Below are positions 47,776 to 58,220 of a stretch of 64,000 nt of DNA, piece after piece (the first letter of the stretch is position 1; each line of letters begins with the position of its first letter). Made by a program: the position numbers and the translations under genes. A model generated the notes under the pieces. It saw nothing but the letters and a program-made list of their open reading frames with translations. It searched no databases and was not told the origin of the DNA. This DNA is from Paracoccaceae bacterium (GTDB taxonomy: Bacteria > Pseudomonadota > Alphaproteobacteria > Rhodobacterales > Rhodobacteraceae): positions 8,759 to 72,758 of the forward strand of contig JAJFIC010000027.1 of the NCBI GenBank assembly GCA_021775315.1. Reading direction: 5' to 3'.

Positions 47776-49794
47776 CTAAAAGAACACGAAGTCAGCAGCA
47801 GTCAACGTGATGCCACCCACACCTTCCAGATAAATCGTGTCGCTCGCGCCGTAATCCACCATGACCCCGGTGCCATGAGCACTGAAGCTCAGATCGCTAA
47901 AGGTCAGGCCGACAAAGGCCATTAGGTCCAGCCCATGCTCATAATTGGCAATCACGTCATTGCCATCGCCAACCTCAAACAAGAACTTGTCGGCATCGGC
48001 CTGACCATCCAGATAATCGTTGCCCTTGCCGCCAACAATCGCATCCTCGCCGCCGCCACCAAATATCCGGTCGTTGCCATCAAGACCAAACAGATGGTTC
48101 TTGTCCTCGTTACCATAAAGACGGTTATTAAGGCTGTTGCCGCCGCCATAAGACACCCCGGCATTGGCATGCAGGCGCAGCGTTTCAAAATTATCCTCTA
48201 GGATATATGAAAAATGCGCGACCACCAGATCCCGCCCTTCATTGGCCACCTCGTTCAAAACATCACCAACGTCGCGCAGAATATAGGTGTCGTTGCCTGT
48301 ACCTCCGGTCATGATGTCATCATCCCCGCCGCCATCCAGATAGTCATTGCCCTGACCACCCAGCAACGTATCGGCGCCGCCGCGACCAAACATACGGTCG
48401 TTGCCATCCAGCCCGTTTAAAGTGTTGGCGCTTGAATTGCCGTAAATCTGGTTGTTGAGGCTGTTGCCCGTGCCATCGGCAACACCAGCGGCATTCGCCA
48501 GCCGCAAGCGTTCGACATTGTTGTCTAGCGTATAGCTTAGAAACGAAATCACCGTGTCGTTGCCTTGGCTATGCCCCTCGTGAACTGTGTCGCCAAGATC
48601 ACGCACAACGAATGTGTCGTTGCCGAGGCCGCCATACATGTCGTCGTCACCCGTGCCGCCGTCCAAATAGTCGTTGCCGTCTTCGCCGATCAATAGGTCA
48701 CCGTCAGCACCACCAAACAGCCAGTCAGCCGAGGTTCCGCCTTCGATCCGGTCACTACCGGCACCGCCGAAAATGCGGTCTCGTCCACCGTCGCCGCGCA
48801 ACGTATCGCCATCCGCACCGCCCGAGATCCGGTCGTTGTCAGCGCCGCCGTTGATCACATCAACGCCGGCATCACCGGTCAGAAAGTCATTGCCAGCATC
48901 GCCGTTGATCACGTCATTACCGCCACCGCCACGGATCGTGTCTGACCCCGCACCGCCGAAAATAATGTCTACGCCGCCCAATCCGGCGATCCTGTCGGAG
49001 CCATCCAAGCCGCTGATAACATTGTCACTTGAATTGCCCGTAATGCGGTTGTTCAAGCCATTGCCGGTGGCAGAAGCCGCCCCTGCGGCATGGTTCAGGC
49101 GCAGGTGTTCAACATTTGCACCAAGTGTATAAGACACAAGGGACACCACGGTATCCGTGCCCTCAGCAGCCAGTTCGGTCACCGTATCACCCGCGTCGCG
49201 CACGACATAAACGTCGTTATCCGCGCCGCCCAGCATTGTGTCGTCGCCGGTGCCGCCGTCCAACCGGTCGTTGCCAGCGCCACCTTCCAGATAGTCGACC
49301 CCGTCGCCGCCGAACAATTGGTCGTTACCGATGCCACCAAACAGGTTATCCGCCCCGTCCCGGCCTAAAATCTTGTCATGGCCTGCATAGCCATAAAGCG
49401 TGTCGGCAAAGTTCGACCCGCCCAGTGTGTCATCGCTGGCAAACACCACTGTCTCAAAATAAGAAAAACCTGCGTTGTAAAGATCAACCAACGACAGCGA
49501 AAACTGATCGAGCGTGAAATCCGCCGCACTGCCGCCCAGAAAATCCACGCTGAGCGAGGTTACAGTACCGCTAAGCGGGATATGATCGCCGCCGACCAGA
49601 TTGGTTGTGAACCCGGTGCCTTCAAACCAGCCATGGCCGGTGCCGCCAAAAAAGGCGCTGAGGAATTGAAAATTGGTTGCATCAAAAACCCCAAGACCGC
49701 TGACATCCGGCCCGGCAACAACAAACTGGCCTCCGCCACCACCGGTTGAATTATCAATTCCGTAGCGCGAGCCTATTGCGTTTAATCGAGCCAT
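47776..49794 (-). CDS. RTX-type calcium-binding repeat protein (probable T1SS substrate)
   Basis: Many GGxGxDxL/I nonapeptides (GGAGNDRLDGGTGDDTMLGGADND...). No signal peptide. Acidic C-terminal tail ending TAADFVFF. Confidence 0.88.
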   Translation of the reverse strand: MARLNAIGSRYGIDNSTGGGGGQFVVAGPDVSGLGVFDATNFQFLSAFFGGTGHGWFEGTGFTTNLVGGDHIPLSGTVTSLSVDFLGGSAADFTLDQFSLSLVDLYNAGFSYFETVVFASDDTLGGSNFADTLYGYAGHDKILGRDGADNLFGGIGNDQLFGGDGVDYLEGGAGNDRLDGGTGDDTMLGGADNDVYVVRDAGDTVTELAAEGTDTVVSLVSYTLGANVEHLRLNHAAGAASATGNGLNNRITGNSSDNVISGLDGSDRIAGLGGVDIIFGGAGSDTIRGGGGNDVINGDAGNDFLTGDAGVDVINGGADNDRISGGADGDTLRGDGGRDRIFGGAGSDRIEGGTSADWLFGGADGDLLIGEDGNDYLDGGTGDDDMYGGLGNDTFVVRDLGDTVHEGHSQGNDTVISFLSYTLDNNVERLRLANAAGVADGTGNSLNNQIYGNSSANTLNGLDGNDRMFGRGGADTLLGGQGNDYLDGGGDDDIMTGGTGNDTYILRDVGDVLNEVANEGRDLVVAHFSYILEDNFETLRLHANAGVSYGGGNSLNNRLYGNEDKNHLFGLDGNDRIFGGGGEDAIVGGKGNDYLDGQADADKFLFEVGDGNDVIANYEHGLDLMAFVGLTFSDLSFSAHGTGVMVDYGASDTIYLEGVGGITLTAADFVFF
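47983..49431 (-). repeat. RTX nonapeptide repeat region including three ~125-aa super-repeats
   Basis: Three copies of Y/F-V/I-V/L-RD-x-GD-x(9-12)-G-x-D-x-V-x-S/H-x2-SY-x-L-x2-N-x-E-x-LRL-x(10-14)-GN-x-LNN-x-I/L-x-GN-x(5-6)-GLDG-x-DR, separated by GGxGxD runs. Coordinates are approximate, taken from residue counting. Confidence 0.7.
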
Positions 49795-50058
49795 TTCCTT
49801 ACCCCTTAATAGGTCTGCAATATCGAATCCGGCCCCTTCGTCACCCGGAATTCCCGCGCATCACGCGGATAATTCAGGCAAAACAGCCGCTGCCATAACG
49901 AAAAAACCGTCCTTGGCTACGTGCTATACTTTCGGGTGGGCGCGACAAAAAAAAGCCACGATTTGACCATATTTCAAGTCAAATCAGTGGCAATTACCCG
50001 TCAAATACAGGGATTGTATCCGCTAACGAAACGTTAACCATTTCAGGTAGATTCGGCG

Positions 50059-51696
50059 TTATGCAGACAAGTCCTTTGCTTGCGCCCGCAGGATGAATTT
50101 CTGGATCTTACCGGTCGAGGTTTTTGGCAGCTCCTGAAAAATCACCGTCTTGGGCGTTTTGAAACCCGCCAATCGTTCGCGACAAAACGCCATCAGCTCT
50201 GGTTCTGTGGCCTCAGTCCCCGGTTTCAACTCAACAAACGCACAGGGCGTTTCGCCCCATTTGTCATCCGGGCGCGCCACGACCGCGCACAGGCTGACAG
50301 ACGGGTGGTGCATAATCGCGCCTTCAACTTCGACCGACGAGACGTTCTCGCCGCCGGAAATGATCACATCCTTCAACCGATCAGTGATTTTTATATAGCC
50401 ATCGGGATGGCGAAACGCGATATCGCCCGAGCGGAAAAACCCGCCCTCAAATGCCTCGGCTGACGCCGCCGGGTTCTTGTAATAGCCTTTCATCACCGAA
50501 TTGCCCTTGATGACAATCTCGCCCAGCGTTTGGCCGTCACGCGGAACTGGCAACCGACTGGTCTGGTCAACCACGTCAATGTCTTCCATCATCGGCATCA
50601 GCACCCCGGTGCGGGCCTTGATGGTGGCGCGCGCGTCCTCGGCCAGATCGCCCCATTTGTCATCATCCCACACGGTTTCGGTGACATGGCCGTAGGTTTC
50701 CGTCAGCCCGTAAACCTGCGTCACCTCAAAGCCGATCTTTTCAATCGCCAGCAAGGTGGCCGCAGGCGGCGGCGCACCTGCAGTATAGACGTTCACCACA
50801 TGGTCAAATTCCCGGCGTTCACTGTCATCCGCATTGACGATGGTGTTCAAAACAATCGGCGCGCCACCGAAATAGGCGGCTTTTTCGTCCGCAATGGCGT
50901 TGTAAATCGGGGCCGCCGCAACGTCGCGACAACAAATAATCGTGCCGCCCAACATCGGCATCATCCAGCTATGGTTCCAGCCATTGCAATGAAACAGGGG
51001 CACAATCGTCAAATACCGCGCATAAAGCGGCATCTGCCAGGCAATCGCTGTGCCGGTTGTCATCAGGTAAGCGCCCCGATGATGATAGACCACGCCCTTG
51101 GGTCGTCCCGTGGTGCCGGATGTATAGTTTAGTGCTAAACTATCCCATTCATCGCTTGGCATAACCCAGGGAAAATCGCGGTCCCCCTGCGCCAAAAAAG
51201 CCTCGTATTCGGTATGTGCGCCACTTGCCGGAAAGCCCGCCTTAGCATCGGCGATTTCGATAAGTTTCGGCCCATTGCTGTCCATCTTTGCAACGGCAGC
51301 CTCGGCCAGTTCAATGAACTGGCTGTCAACCAGCGCAACCTTGGCTTCGCCATGGCCAAAAATATAGGCAACCGTATCTACATCCAACCGGGTGTTGATC
51401 GCATTCAGGACCGCGCCACAGGCCGGAACGCCAAAATGCGCCTCGACAATGGCCGGAATGTTTGGGCAGATCACCGATACAACATCGCCCGACTGCACCC
51501 CGGCCGCGACGAGGGCTGAGGCCAGTTGCGAACAGCGCGCGTGCATTTCACGATAAGAATTCCGCCGATCCTGATAAACCAACGCCTCGCGGTCGGCAAA
51601 AACATCGCGCGCCCGTTGAAGATGCGACAAAGGCGTCAAAGGCACGTGGTTTGCGGCCACCTTGCCGAGGCCGGATTCATCTGCCATTTGTCCCAT
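50059..51696 (-). CDS. AMP-dependent acyl-CoA synthetase/ligase
   Basis: LNYTSGTTGRPKGVVYHHRG (AMP-binding motif), YGLTETYG, FRSGDIA, GKIQKF. Confidence 0.88.
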   Translation of the reverse strand: MGQMADESGLGKVAANHVPLTPLSHLQRARDVFADREALVYQDRRNSYREMHARCSQLASALVAAGVQSGDVVSVICPNIPAIVEAHFGVPACGAVLNAINTRLDVDTVAYIFGHGEAKVALVDSQFIELAEAAVAKMDSNGPKLIEIADAKAGFPASGAHTEYEAFLAQGDRDFPWVMPSDEWDSLALNYTSGTTGRPKGVVYHHRGAYLMTTGTAIAWQMPLYARYLTIVPLFHCNGWNHSWMMPMLGGTIICCRDVAAAPIYNAIADEKAAYFGGAPIVLNTIVNADDSERREFDHVVNVYTAGAPPPAATLLAIEKIGFEVTQVYGLTETYGHVTETVWDDDKWGDLAEDARATIKARTGVLMPMMEDIDVVDQTSRLPVPRDGQTLGEIVIKGNSVMKGYYKNPAASAEAFEGGFFRSGDIAFRHPDGYIKITDRLKDVIISGGENVSSVEVEGAIMHHPSVSLCAVVARPDDKWGETPCAFVELKPGTEATEPELMAFCRERLAGFKTPKTVIFQELPKTSTGKIQKFILRAQAKDLSA

Positions 51697-51805
51697 TGGC
51701 TTTTCTCCCTAAAAAAAGCAGTTCACACGATCTGGCGTCGTATTCTGGACAGATTTTGTCGATGTGCAAGGCGATTGAAGTCAGATTGTTGCGTGAGGGA
51801 GCGTT

Positions 51806-52717
51806 ATGAACAACAGCGTGGAAAACAGGCCTCTTTTGGGGGCCCTTCTGGTGGTTTTGTCGATGTCAGGCCTTGGCTTTATCGACAATTTCATCCGTCT
51901 GATCGCTGAACAGGCCGGACTGTGGCAGTTTCATTTCACCCGCTCGGTCATCATCTGTGCGACGATTCTGTTGCTGGCGCGGGTTTTCAACTGGCGTTTG
52001 CGGCCAAAAAACTGGCGGGCGGTTGCGGTGCGCAGTGGGTTCTTTTCAACCGCGATGGTGCTTTATTTCGGCGCGGCAGGGATGATGCCGATTGCGCAGG
52101 TCGCCGCCGGATTGTTCACCTCGCCAATTTTTGTGCTGGTCATATCTGCGTTGTTTTTAAACGTACGGATTGGCGTGTGGCGCATTTTGGCGGTGGCGCT
52201 TGGATTTGCCGGCGTGGTTCTGATCCTAAGGCCGGATGCCGCCGCGCTGTCTGTCCTAACCACCATACCGGTAATCGCAGGTCTGCTTTATGCGTTAAGC
52301 AGTATAGCAACCCGCCGTTGGTGCGAAGGCGAAACCACCATGACCCTGATAATGGGCCTGTTTTCCGCCCTTGGCCTGTGGGGGCTGGTCGGACTTTTGG
52401 TCTTTAGCACCGTGTCTGTGCCCGCCAGTGTGTCGGCCGAACTGCCGTTTTTCACCGCCGGTTGGGTGGCACCAAGTGGCGTGTTCATGTTCTGGGTGAT
52501 GGTGCAGGCCTTTGGCTCACTGATCGCGGTTGGCCTGCTGACGCGCGGCTATCAACTGGTCGAGGTGTCCTTTGTCGCGGTGTTTGAATATGCGTTTCTG
52601 ATTTCCGCAGCCTTTTGGGCCTACATGCTGTGGGGCCAGACGCTGGATATGCGGTCACTGCTGGGGATCGGTCTGATCATTGTGGCAGGGGTTATCATCG
52701 CGGTCCGCTCGCGTTAG
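51806..52717 (+). CDS. DMT-superfamily (EamA-like) transporter
   Basis: About 10 hydrophobic helices arranged as two EamA-like halves; 303 aa. Confidence 0.75.
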   Translation: MNNSVENRPLLGALLVVLSMSGLGFIDNFIRLIAEQAGLWQFHFTRSVIICATILLLARVFNWRLRPKNWRAVAVRSGFFSTAMVLYFGAAGMMPIAQVAAGLFTSPIFVLVISALFLNVRIGVWRILAVALGFAGVVLILRPDAAALSVLTTIPVIAGLLYALSSIATRRWCEGETTMTLIMGLFSALGLWGLVGLLVFSTVSVPASVSAELPFFTAGWVAPSGVFMFWVMVQAFGSLIAVGLLTRGYQLVEVSFVAVFEYAFLISAAFWAYMLWGQTLDMRSLLGIGLIIVAGVIIAVRSR

Positions 52718-52726
52718 AAATTCGGT

Positions 52727-53377
52727 ATGATTATTTCGCGCGGACGCAAATACATATTTGTCCACATTCCGAAAACCGGTGGGACATCGCTGGCTTTGGC
52801 GTTGGAATCCAAAGCGATGAAAGATGATATTCTGATCGGTGACACGCCCAAAGCGGTGAAGCGGCGAAAACGGTTGAAGGGGGTCGCGACCTCTGGCCGT
52901 TTGTGGAAACACGCGCGCCTGCGGGATGTCTATGGGCTGGTGACGCAGGCGGAAATTGAGGCGTATTTTGTGGTCACCATTGTGCGCAATCCTTGGGATC
53001 GGGCCGTCAGTTATTACCATTGGTTGCAGGATCAATCGTTTGAGAACAAAGCCGTGGCCTTGGCGCAAACGCTTGATTTTTCAGCGTTTCTGAACCATCC
53101 CCATATTGTCGAGGCGTTCCGGCAAAGCCCCTATTCCAGTTATGTCAGGGACGAGGCGGGGGTTGAGCGATGCGATCTGTTTTTGCGTCTGGAAGATCTT
53201 GCCAAGGGGGTTGAGCAGTTGCAAACCGCGCTCGATATCCGCTTGCCGGTGCTTGAGCATGTCAACCAATCCAGCCGCAAACGCGATTGGCGCGGGTATT
53301 ACAACGACGCTGATGCGGGTTTGATTGCCAGAAATTGCGCCATGGATATAGCCCGCTTTGATTACAGGTTTGAATGA
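52727..53377 (+). CDS. Sulfotransferase family 2 protein
   Basis: MIISRGRKYIFVHIPKTGGTSLALALE carries the PAPS 5'-phosphosulfate-binding loop typical of Sulfotransfer_2. ..VRNPWDRAVSYYHW. Confidence 0.7.
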   Translation: MIISRGRKYIFVHIPKTGGTSLALALESKAMKDDILIGDTPKAVKRRKRLKGVATSGRLWKHARLRDVYGLVTQAEIEAYFVVTIVRNPWDRAVSYYHWLQDQSFENKAVALAQTLDFSAFLNHPHIVEAFRQSPYSSYVRDEAGVERCDLFLRLEDLAKGVEQLQTALDIRLPVLEHVNQSSRKRDWRGYYNDADAGLIARNCAMDIARFDYRFE

Positions 53378-53423
53378 ACGGCAAAACAGTGACCTCGCCG
53401 AAATCTGGCACAAGAGTATTTTG

Positions 53424-53477
53424 GCCTTCGGCGAGGATATTTTTAAAAAGAAGAAGCCCCGGCGTGGTGACCGGGGC
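53424..53477 (+). repeat. Dispersed 3'-of-gene element, copy B; its hairpin doubles as a bidirectional terminator
   Basis: GCCTTCGGCGAGGATATTTT (53424-53443), then TAAAAAGAAGAA, then hairpin GCCCCGG-N8-CCGGGGC (53456-53477) followed by TTTTGG. On the minus strand the hairpin is followed by TTCTTCTTTTT and lies 10 nt after the FadB/J-type gene stop. Confidence 0.65.
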
Positions 53478-53486
53478 TTTTGGTGT

Positions 53487-55685
53487 TTAAGCGGCTGCGG
53501 CGTTAGGGGCAAAGCGGCCATAAAAGCTTTCGCCTTTTTCCGCCAGTTCCCGAAGCAGGGCCGGTGTTTCAAACCGTTTGCCATAGGTTTCCGTCAGGCG
53601 ATCACAGATTTTGACGGCTTGTTCGGCCCCCAGGATATCCAGCCAGCTGAACGGGCCGCCCGACCATGGCGCAAAGCCCCAGCCAAGGATGGCGCCAACA
53701 TCGCCTTCGCGAATGTCCTCAAGCACACCACTTTCAAAGGCGCGCACGGCCTCGAGCGTTTGTGACATCATCATTCGCATTTTGACGTCTTCCAACGAGA
53801 TGTCGTTTTCCGGGTCCAGCCAATTGTCGCGCAATCCCTGCCACAGACCTGTGCGTTTGCCGTTTTCGTCGTAGTCGTAAAACCCTGCTTTGGTTTTGCG
53901 GCCATAACGCCCTTCGTCGAACAGTTTGAACACAACCTCGTCGGTAAAGTCGTTGTCATAGGCGTTGCCCATCGCGGCCTTGGTCGCTTTGGCAATTTTG
54001 ACGCCCAGATCAATCGAGGTTTCGTCGTTCAACTGCAAGGGGCCAAGCGGCATGCCCAACAGTTTCGCGGCGTTTTCGATCAGTGCAGGCTCGACACCTT
54101 CCCGCACCATCATCACGCTTTCATTGATGTAGGGGATGATGCAGCGATTGGCGTAAAAGAACCGCTCGTCATTGACGACGATCGGCGTTTTGCGGATTTG
54201 CCGCACGAAATCAAGCGCCTTGGCAACCGCGCGCGGGCCGGTTTGTGCGCCCTTGATGATCTCAACCAGAGCCATTTTGTGCACCGGGCTGAAAAAGTGG
54301 ATGCCGATGAACTGATCTGGCCGCGAACTTGCAGTTGCCAGCGAAGTGATCGGCAGGGTCGACGTGTTTGACGCGTAGATGCAGTCGGCGGGTATCACGG
54401 CCTCGGCCTTTTTGGTGACCTCGGCCTTAACGCCGACATCTTCAAATACTGCCTCAACGATCAAATCACAGCCTGCAAGCGCGGCGTAATCCGTGGTGGC
54501 GGTGATGCGGCCCAAAACCTCGACTTTTTTGTCTTCGGTGACTTTCTTGCGTTTGATACCACCATCAAGGATACCGGCGGAATGGTCCTTGCCTTTGTCG
54601 GCACTTTCCTGGCTCGCGTCGATCAAAACCACATTGATCCCGGCGAGGGCCGAAACATAGGCGATCCCGGCACCCATCATGCCAGCGCCCAGAACACCAA
54701 CCTTTTTCACCGATTGATCAGCCACGTCTTTGGGCCGTACAGCGCCTTTTTCCAGCGCCTGTTTGTTCAGAAAGATCGAGCGGATCATGCCTTGGGTCGA
54801 TGGTGTGGTCATCACTTTGGTGAACCAACGCGCCTCGACCTTAAGGGCGGTGTCAAACGGCACAAGGCTGCCTTCATAGATCGCCGCCAACAGCGCCTTG
54901 GCCGCGGGATAGGCGCCCTGCGTCTTAGCGTGGATCATCACTGAACCGCCAACAAACATCGGCAGACCTGATGGTGTGTAAGGCCCGCCGCCGGGGAATT
55001 TGTAACCCTTAGCGTCCCATGGTTTGACCAGATCGGCATCCTTGGCCGCACCGATCCATGCTTTGGCGGCAGCGATCAACTCGTCTGCAGGCACAACATC
55101 ATCAATCAGGCTGAGGGCCTTCAGCTTGGCAGGGGCTTGCATGCGCCCCTCCATCAGAATGGGGGCAGCCCCCATCAGGCCCAGTTTGCGCGACACACGC
55201 ATCGCGCCACCAGCACCGGGGAACAGGCCGACAAGGATTTCCGGCAGGCCGATTTTGGCCTTTGGATTGTCAGACGAAATAATGCGGTGGCAGGCCAGCG
55301 GCAATTCAAAACCAATACCAGCGGCCGTGCCGGGCAGGGCGGCGACAATCGGCTTGCCACCTTTTTTGGTTTTGAAATCCATCCCGGCCAGTTCGATTTT
55401 GCGCAGTAAGCCATGCATGCGCATGATACCGTTGAAAACCGTTTCCGCCGGGTTGTCGTCGTCAGGATTGGCGGCCAGCACGTTCAGGTCCATGCCACCG
55501 GCAAAATCTTTCTTGCCAGATGTGATGATCACACCTTTGACGGCGTCGTCACCCAACGCCTTGTCAACGCAGGTGTTCAGTTCTTCCAGACCGTTCCATG
55601 TCATGACGTTCATGGATTTGTCCGGGCAATCCCAGCTGATGATCGCAATGCCGTCATCATCCAGTTTATAGTGAAATTCAGCCAT
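53487..55685 (-). CDS. Fatty-acid oxidation multifunctional enzyme (enoyl-CoA hydratase / 3-hydroxyacyl-CoA dehydrogenase, FadB/FadJ type)
   Basis: N-terminal crotonase fold (SGKKDFAGGMDL, GAGGAMR), central Rossmann VGVLGAGMMGAGIA, 732 aa. Confidence 0.9.
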   Translation of the reverse strand: MAEFHYKLDDDGIAIISWDCPDKSMNVMTWNGLEELNTCVDKALGDDAVKGVIITSGKKDFAGGMDLNVLAANPDDDNPAETVFNGIMRMHGLLRKIELAGMDFKTKKGGKPIVAALPGTAAGIGFELPLACHRIISSDNPKAKIGLPEILVGLFPGAGGAMRVSRKLGLMGAAPILMEGRMQAPAKLKALSLIDDVVPADELIAAAKAWIGAAKDADLVKPWDAKGYKFPGGGPYTPSGLPMFVGGSVMIHAKTQGAYPAAKALLAAIYEGSLVPFDTALKVEARWFTKVMTTPSTQGMIRSIFLNKQALEKGAVRPKDVADQSVKKVGVLGAGMMGAGIAYVSALAGINVVLIDASQESADKGKDHSAGILDGGIKRKKVTEDKKVEVLGRITATTDYAALAGCDLIVEAVFEDVGVKAEVTKKAEAVIPADCIYASNTSTLPITSLATASSRPDQFIGIHFFSPVHKMALVEIIKGAQTGPRAVAKALDFVRQIRKTPIVVNDERFFYANRCIIPYINESVMMVREGVEPALIENAAKLLGMPLGPLQLNDETSIDLGVKIAKATKAAMGNAYDNDFTDEVVFKLFDEGRYGRKTKAGFYDYDENGKRTGLWQGLRDNWLDPENDISLEDVKMRMMMSQTLEAVRAFESGVLEDIREGDVGAILGWGFAPWSGGPFSWLDILGAEQAVKICDRLTETYGKRFETPALLRELAEKGESFYGRFAPNAAAA

Positions 55686-55705
55686 TTTATTCGTCCTTTT
55701 CAGGG

Positions 55706-56164
55706 TTATAACTCTGTTCCGTCTTTGCGGGTGAAGCGGTCGTTTTTGCCGTCAATTTCCACCCGCAAGTCCACATCCGAATAGGTGCAGACATCTTTTT
55801 CAACCTTGGTGCCGACTACCAGAAACCGGGCCTCGGTATCTGATTTGTTGATCAGGTGATGGCCATTGGTGTCACCGGCTGGAAAGCCCGCGCAATCACC
55901 CGGACGCACGATGGTTTCGCCCTCGTCAGTGATCAGGGTCAACTCACCCATCGTCACCATCACGAACTCATCTTCCGTCTCGTGCCAATGGCGCAATGAG
56001 GATTTGGAGCCAGGTTGCATGATCATCATCCTGACCCCAAACTGGGTCAGACCAGCAGCATCGCCAAGACGCTGCCAAGCCCGGTTTCCCATCTCTGCCG
56101 CATAGGGTGCGGGATAGGACGACCCGGTTTCCACCGGGATCGCATCAAGGTCAAGCAGGCCCAT
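55706..56164 (-). CDS. Cupin-domain protein embedded in the beta-oxidation operon
   Basis: Start at ATG 56164 overlaps the thiolase stop (TGATG). [22 protein letters not shown]...[15 protein letters not shown] is a cupin motif pair. Confidence 0.7.
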   Translation of the reverse strand: MGLLDLDAIPVETGSSYPAPYAAEMGNRAWQRLGDAAGLTQFGVRMMIMQPGSKSSLRHWHETEDEFVMVTMGELTLITDEGETIVRPGDCAGFPAGDTNGHHLINKSDTEARFLVVGTKVEKDVCTYSDVDLRVEIDGKNDRFTRKDGTEL

Positions 56165-57375
56165 CAGACCCGCTCGATTATGGTGGCGGCCCCCATGCCG
56201 GACCCGATGCACAATGTTGCAAGGCCAACTTCTTTGTCGCTGGCTTCCAACTCGTCCAGCAGCGTGGCGATGATTACAGCGCCCGTTGCACCCAAAGGAT
56301 GCCCCATGGCAATCGCGCCGCCATTGACGTTGATCTTGGCGTGATCGGCATCAAACGCCTGCATAAAGCGCAGCACGACCGAGGCAAAAGCCTCGTTCAC
56401 CTCAAACAGGTCAATGTCGCTGATTTTCATGCCAGAAGTCTCAAGGATGCGCCGCGTCGCAGGCACAGGCCCGGTCAACATGATCGTCGGATCGGTGCCG
56501 ATTTTAGAGGTCGCCCTGATCCGCGCCCGTGGCTTGATGCCAAGCCGTTCGCCATATTCCTTGGAGCCAATCAGCACAGCCGCCGCACCATCCGCAATGC
56601 CGGACGAGTTGCCAGCGTGGTGCACATGGTTGATCTTTTCCAAATGTGGATATTTCATCAGGGCGATGGCGTCAAAACCCGGCATAACTTCGCCCATATC
56701 CTTGAAGGATGGTTTCAGCGCACCAAGGGACTGCATGTCGGTCGTCTCGCGCACCATTTCGTCATGGTCCAGAATGGCGATGCCGTTCTGATCGCGCAGG
56801 GTGAAAACCGTTTTGCCAAACTTACCAGCCTTTTGTGCGGCGGCGGCGCGTTTCTGGCTTTCCACAGCAAAAGCGTCGCATTCGTCGCGCGAAAATCCAT
56901 ATTCGGTGGCGATAATGTCAGACGAAATGCCCTGTGGCACGAAATAGGATTTCATCGCCAAGGTCGGATCGGCGGCAATTGCACCACCGTCTGATCCCAT
57001 CGGCACCCGGCTCATGCTTTCAACACCGCCCGCGATATAAGCGTCACCCGCCCCGCCGCGGATTTGGTTGGCGGCCATGTTGACCGCTTCCAGTCCACTG
57101 GCACAAAAACGGTTGATCGACACACCGGGGATGCGTTCATCAAGGTCAGAATACAGCACCGCTGAGCGCGCTAAACACGCGCCTTGTTCGCCGACCTGGG
57201 TGACATTGCCCCAGATCACATCCTCGACCGCGTGGCCTTCCAGATTGTTGCGTCTTTTCAGCTCGTTCAGGGCTTCGGCAGACAGGCGCACGGCAGGCAC
57301 TTCGTGCAGCGTGCCGTCTTTTTTACCCTTGCCGCGTGGGGTGCGCACGGCGTCGTAAATATAAGCTTCGGTCAT
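56164..57375 (-). CDS. fadA: Acetyl-CoA C-acyltransferase (thiolase)
   Basis: [11 protein letters not shown] (active-site Cys), [29 protein letters not shown]. Confidence 0.92.
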   Translation of the reverse strand: MTEAYIYDAVRTPRGKGKKDGTLHEVPAVRLSAEALNELKRRNNLEGHAVEDVIWGNVTQVGEQGACLARSAVLYSDLDERIPGVSINRFCASGLEAVNMAANQIRGGAGDAYIAGGVESMSRVPMGSDGGAIAADPTLAMKSYFVPQGISSDIIATEYGFSRDECDAFAVESQKRAAAAQKAGKFGKTVFTLRDQNGIAILDHDEMVRETTDMQSLGALKPSFKDMGEVMPGFDAIALMKYPHLEKINHVHHAGNSSGIADGAAAVLIGSKEYGERLGIKPRARIRATSKIGTDPTIMLTGPVPATRRILETSGMKISDIDLFEVNEAFASVVLRFMQAFDADHAKINVNGGAIAMGHPLGATGAVIIATLLDELEASDKEVGLATLCIGSGMGAATIIERV

Positions 57376-57392
57376 TTGTCTTTCCTCTTTCT

Positions 57393-58031
57393 TCAGGCGC
57401 GATCGGCGGGGGAGCCGGGCATCAAATCATAGGGGGCTTTCCAGCCGGGTTGGGTGGCAATCCGGTCCATCCAGGCGTTGATATTGGGGTATTCTGTGCG
57501 ATCAAACCCGAACGGTTCGGGGTAATACAGATAACCACAGCAGGAAATATCGGCATTGGTGATGCTGTCACCAACCAGCCAATCCCGACCCTCAAGGGCT
57601 GCGTCCAGCGTTTGATAGGCAGCTTTCAGGCGGCCCTGCATAAAGCCGATAACCTCTTTGGGTTGCTTGTCAGGTGGCAGAAAGTTCATCAAAAACCGGG
57701 TCAGACCGGCGTTCGAGGATAATTTGTGATTGTCCCACAAAACCCACCGCAAAATCTCGCGCCGCTCTGCTGGCGTGCTGCCGCCCAGCTTGCCGGATTT
57801 TTCGCCGACATAATCCTGAATGGCGCCCGATTGGGTCAATTTGTAATCGCCGTCAATCATCACCGGGGCCTCGCCCATGATGTTCAGATCGGATTTATAT
57901 TCGGCAGACCGGGTCTGGCCTTTGAAGAAATCGACAAAAACCGGTTCCCAATCAAGGCCGGATAGTTGCAGGCTCAAAGCCGCCTTATAAGCGTTACCGC
58001 TTTCGCCAAAACAGTGAAGTTGGATCGTCAT
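57393..58031 (-). CDS. Glutathione S-transferase
   Basis: Thioredoxin-like N-domain (LHCFGESGNAYKAALSL...MGEAPVMIDGDYKLTQSGAI) and a helical C-domain. 212 aa. Confidence 0.85.
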   Translation of the reverse strand: MTIQLHCFGESGNAYKAALSLQLSGLDWEPVFVDFFKGQTRSAEYKSDLNIMGEAPVMIDGDYKLTQSGAIQDYVGEKSGKLGGSTPAERREILRWVLWDNHKLSSNAGLTRFLMNFLPPDKQPKEVIGFMQGRLKAAYQTLDAALEGRDWLVGDSITNADISCCGYLYYPEPFGFDRTEYPNINAWMDRIATQPGWKAPYDLMPGSPADRA

Positions 58032-58220
58032 GATTTCAGTCTCCCAAGTATGCGCCCGGTTCAGGCAGTGGAATTGAGTATTTTAAGCAATAAAGAAGCG
58101 TAAGGCTTTGTTAACCTGCTTTGGCTTAGGCTCTGAGCACGGTACAGGCTGGAGAGCCGATGACCGTCAATGAAGAAGCCGCCTCTGTTCTTTGATCGGA
58201 TTTCTGATCCGGGCTTTGCA

